Of a stretch of 64,000 nucleotides of DNA, positions 47,884-60,125 are shown piece after piece. The notes under the pieces were generated by a model. That model ran no database searches and was not told the origin of the DNA. It worked only from the letters and a program-made list of their open reading frames with translations. Source of the stretch: Bilabrum cf. latius (lineage: Eukaryota); NCBI GenBank assembly GCA_965178125.1, contig OZ237761.1, positions 496,001-560,000 on the forward strand, given 5' to 3'. Position 1 is the stretch's first letter; each line of letters opens with the position of its first letter. The translations under genes and the position numbers were made by a program.

Positions 47884-50800
47884 TTAGTCGACACTGAAAC
47901 CGGAATTCGCGAGCCTGTCGGCCTGTTTGCCCACTGGCGGTTCTCTCGCCACCACTTTGTCCCTCACACGGCCTTTCTTGCCCGACTTAATCCAACCCTT
48001 AATTCTCTCCCGGTCACTGGCCCATTCACTCTTGTACCCCAGCCCAGCATCCGGGCCGATCGGGCTGCCTGGCGTCGTGGCCATAAGACCCGGAGTCACC
48101 ATGTTCCCTGCAGGATATCCCATCTGCAGGCCCTGCTGCATGGCTGCCGTGCGGAACTCAATGGAGCGGCGGGCTCGGAGGCCACCAGAGCTGCGAGTGT
48201 ACGGGACAGCCGCGGGCCCAGACTCTCCTCGCGGAGGAGCCTGCAGCTGCAGAGTACGCCGCATGGAGTCTGCGGAATCGCGCATGCGGCCAAAAACAAA
48301 ACGACGAAAGGCATCATCACTGCCCACAAGGTTGGCCTGTTCCAGCTTGCGCTACTCCTCGTCCTGCTGCTGCTTTGACACCACTGGTGGCTCTGCATTG
48401 ATTGTCCGATTGTATAGCTTGACAAACTCCGAGGCTGCGCCGGCGCCAACGCTGCCAGAGGCATTGACCCACGAGCTGTCGCCGGTCCCAGCACCCCGCT
48501 GGACTGGGCTACCTGGCTGCCTTGTCGACGGCTGCTGCGCAGCATATCGAGCCAGGGCCTCCGCACTCGGAGCATGTATAGTATCCGCCAGTGCACCAAG
48601 AGCAGCCCGGGTCCTCGCCCGCCTCAAGACGGTAGCATGCGCACCTTTGGCGATGTTGCGGGCATCTGCAACCTCTCCAGCACTCGAAGCGTCTTCGATG
48701 GCCTCTTGAACAGTTGATTTCCCAAGCTTGTGCGCGTTGCTCATCTCATGGTTAATGACGTCTTGTGGGGGCAGTGGCACCCTGTAAGGATCGGCAGTGT
48801 AGATGGTGAGCCCGATGGGATCTGGGGGCGGCACCTCTTCTACCTCTTTGCCCTTTGCGTAATCTTCGAATTGCCGACCAATGGCTGCGAACGTGGCATC
48901 GTCGTCAAGAAATCGGGTCCACTGTGATATGCCGTCCTTAGGAAGGAAATGCGATGGATTCGTGCTTGGCTTGCCGTGGACCATTACACGGAGAAGTCCA
49001 TCCGCGCTTCTCCTGTAATTGCCTGTCTAGAGGGCATCCGCTGCTGAAGAGAGGGGCACGACGCCTCCTTGTTCCAGAATGATGTCCGTAGGGAGCCGCT
49101 GGATCAGGTCAGCGCTGTCACGCTGGCCTTCAGCCTCTGTCGGTGCACGGTGGGACTGATACTCGTGCTGCATGACTGGTGTCCCACGTTGACGGTCGCG
49201 AGGATACACCACGATTGCGCCAGCGTCCGCGCTAGTTCGGTCTACGTCACCTTCACCACTACGACTGTGCAGCTGCTATCGAATGCCGACAGGGGGTCGC
49301 GGGCCTTCCGGGCGGCCTGCAGCTTGCACTGCCCCAGGGCTGCTCGTAGCACTTGTGTTAGTTTGTGTATCCAGCCTGGACTCTCCAGCTTCGGCCATGG
49401 ATGCAGCCATCTAGATATCTGGATCTGTTCTGTCGCTGTTGACGGCGTGTTCTAGCTACCCAAGCGACTGCTTCCCTTGGTCTATGGCTCGATCCATCTC
49501 TCCACCTACGTAGTCGTAATCGCCATCCTTAACCAAGCGAACAAAATTGGCCCTCGCGTATCGCATAAAGCCCCTGACCAGTGCGGCCCCGCGGTTCCGA
49601 GTGAGCTGCAGCGCCTCTTGGGACGCGAGCCTGGCCTTTCTGGGCACCCCATCAAGCTCGATGAACGCTCCTGCTGTCCTCTCCAAGGCCCCATCCAGAG
49701 CCGTTTGCTCCTCCATGTACGTCCTGAGGTCTTGTAAGGCAAACATGGGAGGGTTGTACGGTGACAGGTCCTTTGGTTCGCGGGGTGCGATGGGATGCTT
49801 CACGCGCTGCTCACCTGTCCCGCCATCCACCCACACTCGACCCTCGGAGCCGACCAGCCGGCGCTTCGCGGCGATCGCGCGGGCCACTCGGGCCCCTATG
49901 GTCCAAGTCTGCAGGCCGGTCAGCCAGTGCCTGATGTTGCTGGCCCTGACTGGCTTGGCCGACTTTGCCTTCACTTCCGCTTTCGCCGCCTTGGACCGCA
50001 GCACGAGAACCGCAAGCTCCTGCGCCTTGCGAGTGCGGGTTCGCACCATCCAGCGTCGAACGGCCTGCTGTATCTGCGTGGCCCCCTCACTGCGACTTGT
50101 CGGCTACTTGGACGCAATCAGCTCTCCTCTGCCATCCTCCTGCACCTCTTTGGATGCCTAGCGCAGGGCGGTCAGGTGGTCAAGGATGCGCTCGTGCAGC
50201 CGAGCCTCGGCCAGCTCCATCGCAGCGATCACGTCGTCTGCCAGGTCAGCGAGGCCAAATTTTTGCGCCGCGACTAGTTCGGCATACGTCATCTCGGACC
50301 GATCTAGCTCCTCTCCGCTTCTTGGGTCGATCGTCAGGAACTGAAACCGAGTGAGGCTGTGGGTGCTGCTGAAGGGGTTGATGAGAGGGAGTGGGATGGC
50401 CTGGGGTTTCTTCCGGCGGGCGGCGCGAATCTCGATGGTTCGCTCCTTGTCGAAGTCTGTTCGTCTGTACCGCATGCGCACAGCTATAACGGCTCGACGG
50501 GTGCGGCTGCTGCCAGCGCCTTCTGGTATGCGTACGGGCGCGACAGCCAAGGTGACAGGGTCCGAGAACTTGCCAGCACCCAGCTTATCTTCTGCGCTGA
50601 AACCGGCTGCCGCCTCAATGGCAGACGCGATTCGCTTCTGCTTCTCGGTCATGCTTTCGCCCGCTGCTGTGGTGTCGATCCCGATGCCTAGCCCGTGCGC
50701 CGACGGCCGCATTGGCCCTGGTCCGGGCTGCCTAAGTCCCAGGTCCTGCATGAGCTGAACAGCACCCATGACCAGCTTGTGGCTGGCAACATTGGACACA

Positions 50801-52185
50801 ATGGAGTCGAAGCTATGCCGCTGCAGGATTGATACGCCTGTTCGGGCATTGTGCGTCTCTACGACGAAGAACCTCATCTTTGCTAACCTGAGAAGGGCGG
50901 CCGATTGCTGCTTGGCGAGCTCCCGCCTAGCCTTGTATGCCGCTGCGTCCGCGTCTGACATCTCTGCAGGAGCAGCAAGGCTTGCGATTCCACGGGGTCC
51001 CTCGGGCGCCTCGGTCCGCACCTTGCTGGCCGTGCCTCCGAACGCGCTGGTGCGACGGCCCCCACCCACCACGCTGTTTCGCCTGCGCCCCTTTGCCTTG
51101 CCCTTGCCTCCTGCCCCTGGGCGGGCTTCAGCCTTGGATGAGGCTTGATTCTGTGTGCTAGGAAGCTCCCCCCTATGCTCGGCTGCAGCCATGGCCGCGG
51201 CCTCTTGCAAGGTCATTGCGCCCATCTACCCGACAGCTCCCATGCTCATACGGCGGGCCGTGACACTAGCCCGCCGGGCTGCCAATCTGGAGCGCTTGCG
51301 GGTTTGCTGCTAGTAGAACCCTTTGATTATTTGCTCCATCGTGCGTCTATAGACTGCGACGTCTGATTGTTCTTGTAGGGACGACAGGTCGGCCCTCAAT
51401 GTCACCAGCGTCATGTCACCTGCGTCGGATTTCGACAGGCGGCAAGCCACGAACTTGAGCTCCTACGAGTTCACTCGAAATGACGGCTGCTTTGAAAGCA
51501 TGGTTTCGCGGCGGCTGAGCTTTCTAGAGAGATGCGAAGACTTGCCTCTTCGCAGTGGTTCCTTGCTGCTTGGCCTTGATTTGGACTCTTGAGAATGCAG
51601 GCCACTATCTTGGGATGCCTCGGTGGCTCGGCTCTCGGGTCGGCCACGGCGCTTCTACGAAAGCACGGAACCTGTACCCTGAAACGATTGAGCTGGATGC
51701 AATCGCTTTGCAGCCTGGCTGCTTGTCCCTGTAGATGAAAAGCGTGAGGCCTGAGAACTGTGTTGCTGGAGCTCCTGCTCGCTGGCGGTCTGGTCCACCG
51801 GGCGGGAGGCCTCAAGGCACGCTGATCGAACCCTCTGCAAGTAAAACTTTGCCGCGCGCTTGAGTACTGTCGAGTGTTCATCCTCAAGTTTTGTCGCGTC
51901 GATAGGCCTCCGAATTACCGAGCCGTCGACGAAGTCCTCTTCCTCCGCCCAGAAAGCCGTGCGAAGCTCGTGCTATGCAAAGAGGCGAACCGCTCGCTCA
52001 GATGTATCCGTCCGGCCATGTAATTGACTGACACTTTTTGACTTTTTGGCAGTGTGCGGCCCAGAACTAGCTAGCTTGCGAGCTACTGCAGCTTGTCGAA
52101 GCTTCTTCGATAGCACGGAGGGAGGCACTTGCAGGTCCGAGACAGCCGATTCAATGGTTTCGAGCATTTGCTGCGTCGTACTCAT
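47884..52185 (-). CDS. Uncharacterised 1,433-aa protein with one IQ-like motif
   Basis: Seven same-frame ORF pieces joined by 12 TAGs (51973, 51655, 51463, 51310, 51226, 50158, 50104, 49456, 49411, 49276, 49027, 48352). ATQIQQAVRRWMVR at ~50040-50080. Ends TAA at 47884. Confidence 0.78.
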
Positions 52186-52565
52186 GGCAAATGAATGAGC
52201 GGTTAGTGCACTTGTTGATGTTCCAGCATCCCTAGTTCGGATGACACGGCCTATTTGTGTGCCTGCAGTAGCCGTTGCAATGTGCTTGACTTGCGTATGT
52301 CGATCGTGCGATTCTGGCTTGCACTATACGCCGACACTCTTGTGATCTGTGCCTCCACATGGTACCCAACTTTCGCATGACTGGCATGCACCCATATCAA
52401 TATTACGTAGAGATCTACGCTATGATTTAAGACCCAAGGAGCGGAGCTCGAATTGTGGTTCAGCACGCAACAAAAAGTCAATGTCGGATCAGGTCGTCCA
52501 CAGCCCAACACTAACCCCGGGCGGGCATTGTCCAATAAGCTTCGGTTTGAAGCAAATTGTGCCTA

Positions 52566-55500
52566 ATGTCAGCTGCTAGAAGCAGCGCAAGACGCCCCCG
52601 AACAACCGAGGCGGGTAGAAAATTGCTTGCCGCGGTAGCAGCCGGCGACGCCAGCACGGTCCAGGCAGCCATTGATGATCATGGTCTTAATGTAGTCTTG
52701 CAGTTAGAGGATGATGTAAGTTGATAGTGTCTTGTTGCAGCAGCGGTTTTGCAGGGCTCGCTAATCCCTACCTTGTTGATAGCACCCAGAGCGTATTGCG
52801 CAGGAGGGCAAGCTTGCGACACACGTCGCAGCTTTGAATGGAAGACTAGACATTCTTCAAATGTTACTCCCAGAGAGCGGATTGGAAGGCGGCAATGGGC
52901 AGGCACCGGATGCAGGATCGCAGCTGCTCCGCCCCGGACCGGTTGGGTGGACAGCATTTCACTTCGCTGCCCACGGAGGACACTCGGATTGTATTGAGTT
53001 GATGGCAGACCGGGCAGGTTCATCCCCAGCATTGGTATGTAGAGACTAGCGCGGGCGCAGCGCTCTGGACATCGCATGCAGGCTGGGCAATGTCCGCAGC
53101 TGTCACGCCATCTGGCGAGCGGCATCGCAGCTGGAGGAAGCAGCGCGAGGCGTTCGATCTTCTGCCGGTGGCGATCAGCCTGATAGCGTGCCGCATCAAG
53201 CGCTAGCTGGTTCCATGGTACATGGGGACGGCCGGGCCAGCTAGCCCGCCTCGGGATCACACTCATCACACAGGTCCATCTCTGCCCAGCAAGCCGCTTC
53301 GATGACTTTAGATGACATTATCGCATCGAAGCACCCGCCCATCCCGCCACGCCTGCCCCCACCCTCCCGTGGCGCAACGGCCGCTGCCCCGGCCGCCGCC
53401 GCTGCAGGCAAGTCCGAGCCCGCGAGCCACGCCGACAGGGAACAGCGGGCCGCCAGGCATGCGTGGGAGGCACAACACGCGCGCCTGGTGCTGAGCCAGG
53501 ATCCAAGCGGCCTCACGCCGGTGCACCACAGCTGCCTGGCGGCCCAGCTGGACGCTCTGCGGTGGAGCGTGGGAGCAGCCTGCCTGCCCCTAGGGGCAAT
53601 GGCCAAGGGAGGGGCCACTCCGCTCATGCTGCTGTGTCAGGCACCTTCACCGAGCAAGCAATCAGTCTCTCTGCGGTCCCCCGGAGTCCTCCGATGGATG
53701 CTAAGCCCGGCAGGCGGGGGGGTGCCCCGCGGCAACACGGGAAGACAGGAGGGTGTGGGCGCAGTCGACCAGCAGGGAGCGACGCCGCTGCACATGGCGT
53801 GCGCGTCGGCTGTGAGGGCACTCACTGCACTCGCGCAAGCCTCATCGAAATCACCGACTGCAAGGGCTGCAGAGACTGCGGCCGCGAGTGCATCCGCGCT
53901 GGTGCTACTGTTGCTCCAGGCTGGCGCTGACCCGAACAAGACGGACACTCGCGGCAACACACCCAGGTCCTTAGCGGATGCAGGGCCCAAGCTGCCACCA
54001 TCCGCACGACTGAGGCTGGGAGACGGGGCGGATGGGGCAGAGGACGTGCTGGCCGCGATCTTGGGTCTTGGCCGGCCACGAGCTTCCGATGGGCCAACGG
54101 AGAGTGGCGCTGGCGGAGCCGCGGCTGAGGGTGGGACGCCAGCGCTGCTTGACGACGGCAGCAGCCGTGACGGCGCATCTACCATTGGTTCGGGGGGTGG
54201 CGCAAGCCGGCACAGGTCGGGTGGTGCGGGTTATGGTGGTGCGGTGGGCGTGCCTGGGCCAGCTGAGCTCATGAGGCAGGCTGCGATGGCGCCAGGCCCG
54301 CCCCTGGCACCGCAGCTGAGGAGAGAGGACGGGGATGCCGCAACGGGCGGAGATGGATCGGGTAATCCCGCATCGTCCACATCGTTCGCTGTCTCGCCCG
54401 GCACGATCGAGCTGCAGTGGGAGCCGCCTGCCCCACTGGGACCAGCGTGTCCTCGTGTGGCGGGCTACGAGATGCAGTGGAGGACCGTAGGCAGGGTCCT
54501 TCGGTCCGCGGGTAGCAGAGCATCGGCACCCCAGTTCGCCCTGCGCCCCGAGCGGCCGTCCGAATGGACCACCGGGGGTGCCCCTCTTGGCGCAGCCGGC
54601 GCTGCTTGGGCCATGGCTGCTGCCGAGGACGGCGCGAGGTCCCGGAGCGGGTCGCAGAGCCCTGGGTCTGGCATGGGCGCGCAGGAGGATGAGGACAGCA
54701 TGCACGCAGCCGTGTCTCCCGAGCAGCTGGCAGCGTGCATGGCTAAGCTGGGGCCTCTCGCGAACGGGCAGGCGTACCAGATCAGGCTGCGTGCGGTAGA
54801 CGAGAAAGGCGGTCGCGGCGAGTGGACGGCGCACGAGGCGCCTCCGCAGATGACGGTGCTGGCAGGCGGGAGTGGTGGCACGTCCTACTCGGGAATGCCA
54901 GGCCAGGCAGCGGGAGGCGCGCAGCAGCAGCAGCAGCACCAGCAGGAGACCAGCTCTCGAAAATCCGGGCTTGTGCTTCTATGCGCGGAGGGCGCCGAGC
55001 CCGCGGGCACGGAGGCCACGGCAAGGCTCGTGCAGGGGGGAGCTGAGAGTGCGGGCAGCATGCACGTGGCTGGCCTCTGGCCCCTCGCAGCAGCTGCTGC
55101 TGCTGATGGGGACTCCACGACGCTCCGATCGGTTTGCGATGCGTCGCAACGATTTGCTTGGGCTCTGCCTAGCCGTCGGGCAGGCGAGCCGTTCGTACAG
55201 GCCGGAGGCTCCCTCACGCCGACTCGCTGCTGGCTGGCACTGCCTGCACCGGGGCACCTGCCCGCGCTTGCATCCTTGGCGAGGCCTTCCTGGCTCTCGC
55301 GGGCGTTTCGGGGGCTGCCTCTCGGCGAAGGCTCGAGGCGATCGCCGCTGCACGCCGCGGCAAGCGCTGGGCGCTGGGTCGAGTGCACGACCCTCGCTGC
55401 TTCGCTGCTGCCGAGCGGCACCGGGACAGGTTCTGATAGCGGGGTGGACTCTGACACCAGTGGCATTCCAACCACGGCTGAGGCCTCGCAGGCTGCGGTG

Positions 55501-58500
55501 CTGCTACTGCGGGGCCTTGCGTCGCGCGACGCCAGAGGCGCCACCCCGCTGCTGCTGGCTGCGGCCAGGGGCAACGCGAGGACGCTGCTAGCTCTGCTGA
55601 CACTGGCCGCTGCCGCCGAGGCTGACCTTTCCCAGGCGCAGATCAGTCCGAACCCGCGACTGTCTGAGATTCTGAATTACGGTGACGCCCGGGGATTCAC
55701 CCCGCTGCACTACTGCGCGATGAGGGCTTCTCATGGAGAGTTCGGTGCCAAAGAGGTGGCACAGGCACCCACCGGGGACGGAACTGGGTACAAACTGGCG
55801 GGCGTTCCCTGGACGCTCATGTATCGGCTGCTGCAGGAAGCAGGCGCCGACCCGTAGGCAAGGGCGCAGGACGGCCGCACGTCAGTGGACGTGCTGGTGG
55901 CCGCGCGATCGTCCCCTCGACAGGCAGCTCGGGAGGCATCGGCAGCGCTGGCCTCACTTGCTGGCAATGCGGGCGTTGCGCCGGCAAGCCCGTCTTCGCC
56001 CCCAGCTGTGGAGGACGTGCTGCCTGCATTGCCGACGGGGAGCTCCGGCGCGAGTTCCACGATGCTGTCCGAGGCTGAGGGCGCGGCTCGGTCGCACGGA
56101 GCAGGCGCCGTGATCGTGGCGGTGCCTCCGCCCGCACTCAGGGCAGGGGCAAGGGCCGCTGCGTCCTGCGAGGTGGCCCTGTTTGCGCTCCCGAATAAGC
56201 ACTGCACGGAGCAGCCGCAAGCCGTGCCCTGGCAGGTAGTGGAGGACGGGGGCAGCGCTCTTGGGCTGGGGCCTGCAAGCACGTCGGCAGATGGAGAGAT
56301 GCTGCCGCCAGAGGTGCGCCACACCAAGTCGAGCGGGCCGTTCGGCGGAGAGGCAAACTTAAAAGCCCTGCTTGTCGTGAGAGCTCGCTGGTCTGCCGCG
56401 GTGGGAGCGACTGCTAGCCGCCTGGGAGCTATGCCCGACGGCCTGGCTGTGCATGAGAGCATCGGAGGTGGGGCCGCTGTTGACCCTGGAATAGGAGCAG
56501 CTGATGATGCGGCGGGGGCTGAAACTGGATCCACGCGGGCGGTTGCCGTGCTGCTGCCACTGCCCTAGCACCCAGATGGCGTGGGCACGAGCGTTGCCGC
56601 AGGGGTCGGGGCCGATGCTGTCCCGTGTGCTTGGGCTCTAGCAGCCAGGTGGGTGGATGCTGCCGGCAAACGGGGCCCTTGGTCTGCTGTTGCATCGGCT
56701 AGAATCGCAGCGGGCAGCGGTGAGAAAGGGACCGAGACTGCTAGTGATGCCGCGTCAGGCTCCGCGACTGGGAGCAAGCAGCCTTCCACATCGCTCGCTC
56801 GTGTGGTAGGCGCTGGTACGCGCAGCGCCCCAGTACCTAGTGCCAGCGATCTGTCCCCTGCAGACTTGCAGGTTGCGATCCGGGGCACGAGAAGCGCGCT
56901 CGATCGACTTCTGGGGCATGGTGAGGCTTCCAAGGCCCTCCGTCGAGAGGCGCAGGCGGGCGCGATCGCTCTCCCCCAGGTGATCAGGGCCTGCTCTTCT
57001 CTTGGTGACCCGGTCCAGCAGCGTGCTGCTCGGCAGCTGACGGAGGCATGGGCAGCGGACCTTGCGGCGGAAGGAGTGCCAACGCCGCTACCGCTGCCGG
57101 CCGACACGGGAGATGCCGTGAAGGCCCTCCCTTGGCTGGGGTGGGCAACAATTCGCAGCTAGGAACAGGCGCGAGCGTGGCAGTGCGGCTGTGTGCCGCG
57201 GCAGCGAGCTGACCTGCAGCCGGCTCGAAGGAACGGGGCCGCGCCAGCTGCCGCGCAGATTGGCATCGAGGCAGCCTTCCGGTTGCCCCAGAAGGTGCTG
57301 TGTGCAATATTGCCAGGGCACGCAGTTGCAGCGCTCATGGACTAGGGCGAGTCAGCGGCCGGGACACCAACCACTTGGAGCACGACTGCCGCTGGCAGCC
57401 CGATTGTGCCACCTGCCCGCCTGGTTGGCAGTGCCGCCCGACTGCGTCTTCGGGATGTGATGAAGACCATGACAGGTGGAGTGTCAGGCTGGCGTGATGC
57501 CGTCTTGCTAGCAGGCGCCCTAACAGGCGGCGGAGACGGTGCCCCGATCTGGGTGGCAGCGCGCACGATGGCCGCCCGAGAGATCAAGGCAGACGCGGCG
57601 GGCGCGGCAGAGCCTGTCACGGACGCAGAGAGCGGAGTGGACCCTTCCACGCTTCCAACTGGGGACGACTCAATATGCGACCGCGCATCTGCCCTGCGCT
57701 GGATGCAAGATACGCTGGCCTCTGCCGCGCTGGCGGTGGCAGCGACGGCCGCCGCGGGCTTTGAGACCGCTTGCAGCTGGATGCTGGGTCTCTCACCTTC
57801 GGCAGGCGCTGGCGATTTCCGGCCTTCGGATGCGCTGGATTGCCTCACTCTGGGCCCATTCCTCGTAAAGGCATCAGCTCGCCGACTCGCGCAGAGGGCC
57901 GGCATCCTTGGGGTGCGAGCCGAGATGGCAAGGCGTGCGCACCAGGCAGAGTAGGCGCAGCGCAAGGCGCTAGCGAAGGCAAAGCAAGAGGCCGCCAGGC
58001 GGGTGCAAGAAGCGGCCAAGGCCGCTGGCAGGGCCCAAGAGGAGGAAGAGGACCTGCTGGCCATGCCAGTGGCAGGGGCCGGTGCCGCCGGGCAGGCTTC
58101 TACCAAGGAGGCCGACCCCTTTGCTGGCATCACCTCTGGGCAGAAAGCTGTGGACGACAGCAGCGCAGCCACCGCTGGCAACGGCTCTGCTTCAGGGTCC
58201 GACAAGGCGGAGAGCATGAGGGACCTGGTCTCGCAGATCGACCAGAAGGCATGGAAGGACGCCAGAATGTGGAGGGCCGCCGCCGCCATGCGGGTACTCG
58301 CCAGGGGCTTGGACCGCAAGGCCATGTCTGCGGTTGCACCCCGCGCCCGGCTCGGGGAGGGCACGGTAGTGGTGGACCGCGAGTGGCTGGCAAGATGCAG
58401 CGCTGCTGCGGCCAGCGTAGCGCAGACATCTGCGCCATAGCTGGCTGAGCTACGTGCCGAGATTGACGGTGACTAGGACGACACCCAGCAGCACGCTGGC

Positions 58501-60060
58501 TCGATCGGGGTGCTGTCGGTTGCGGCAGCCGAGGCGCCGCGGTCCCTGGTCTCCCCACTCGCAGCCTCGGCATCGAGGACGCTTGCTCGATTGGCCGGGC
58601 TACCTTCCGATGCCACCAGTGCCAAGCTCTCCGCATCGAAGTCGGTCGAGGCCTCTCCTCGCGTGGTCGCGCATCGGCTGGTCTCTCCTCGCGCCCTTGC
58701 GGGGCACCATGCGCGGAGTCACGTGTCGAGGCAGGAGGACGATGCTGCCGTATGTGGTCGAGCGACTGTCTTGGCTGGGCTGTGGGATGGAGTGCTGGGA
58801 TCGCCCAGCGACGGTAAGATACTCGGTAGCGATGCCGATCGTGGCGCCGCACTGAATGCCTGTGCAGCTGCAGGTGACGCAGCCGGGGCGACGGCTGGGC
58901 TGTCCGTACTTTCTGATGCAACGGACTCGACAAGCCGACTGGATGCTGCCCTCAATGCAGCCGCGCTTGCTGCTGGCGGCACAGCCAAGAGCATCATGGG
59001 AGCCATTGATGAGTCGGTGGGCAAGCGCCCGAGCGAGGGCCAAGTGCTGCGCCGGGCACGTGCCCACTTGGCCACCATGGCCGCGTTGCTGTTCGCATCG
59101 ACGACGGTGCCTCCTTCTGGCAATTTGTCGCCGGGGCGTAGCATGCAAGGCTAGTGGAAGCACCTTACCACGGCGCTGCGATTCGCAGGGCATGCGCTCG
59201 CATTGGCAGCCGAGGCCGAGGCTCGGACTCCAGGCCCGCTTCAGTCCATCGCAACCCGGGTGGCGCTCGCGGCGGTGCTCGTCGCTGGAATCGCGGTCGC
59301 AGCTCGGACAGACGGACAGGGACTCGCAGGAGCCCCACATGTGCTTGCAGGCGAGTCAAGTCCGACAGCGCCGGCTGCCTCTGGAGCAGGTGGCGATTCC
59401 ATCTCGGCCGAGGAGGGCGCATCAGCTTCCTCAAGCGACGTGCCTGTCCAGCCCGCCGTGCTACTGGCAGTGGCCGCGCGCGCAAGCGACAGCGTCGCAT
59501 CCTCATTGCGCCTCCTGCTGGCTCCGCTGCCGGCTCCAGAGGGCATGATGGCACAAAGGGCTGCTGGCCAAGGAGGTCCACGCGCTGACAGTGCTGCCGA
59601 GTCTCATACGGAGATGCTCCTGGCGATTCGTCAGCCGGCAGTTGCCTTGCCTGCAGCACTGGTGGCTGCCGCTCATGAGGCAGCGCGTGCCATTGGAACA
59701 GGACATGCCGCTGCTTTGGGGGCTGGTCTAGATTGGGCGCTGTCTGGGGCCGGCCTCGGTCGCCGCGCGGCTCCAGGAGCTGTCCTCGAGATGCTGCGGC
59801 CGGCAAGGCCGGCCGTAGAGATTGACGGAGAGGTGATGCTCGTGGATGATTAGGGCAAGCAAGTGATGCAGTCGCTGGCGCGGTAGCAAGCACAGCTAGC
59901 CCCCGGGAGTGCAGCGAACCGGACGAGGGATCTGACAGCTTCCCTGAGGCTCAACAGCCCTTCGCCTGGAATGCTGAGGTCAATGCGAGTGCGAGCGCGG
60001 TTCACGGGGCCGGGTGGCAGTGGCGAATGGTCCAGTGTGTTCCCCCTGCAATTTAGCTGA
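52566..60060 (+). CDS. Large ankyrin-repeat and fibronectin type III-like protein (~2,470 aa)
   Basis: Exon 1 52566-52715, intron 52716-52803 (GTAAGT...CAG), then one frame to TGA at 60058 with 12 TAGs. Ankyrin motifs GWTAFHFAA, GATPLHMAC, RGFTPLHYCA. FN3-like IELQWEPP..GYEMQWR..YQIRLRAVDEKGGRGEW and terminal RVRARFTGPGGSGEWSS. Confidence 0.82.
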
Positions 60061-60125
60061 TACAGTATCACTCCATCGATCAAGACCTTTTGCACTTATA
60101 CCCATCTGAGCATGGCCAACTTAAA

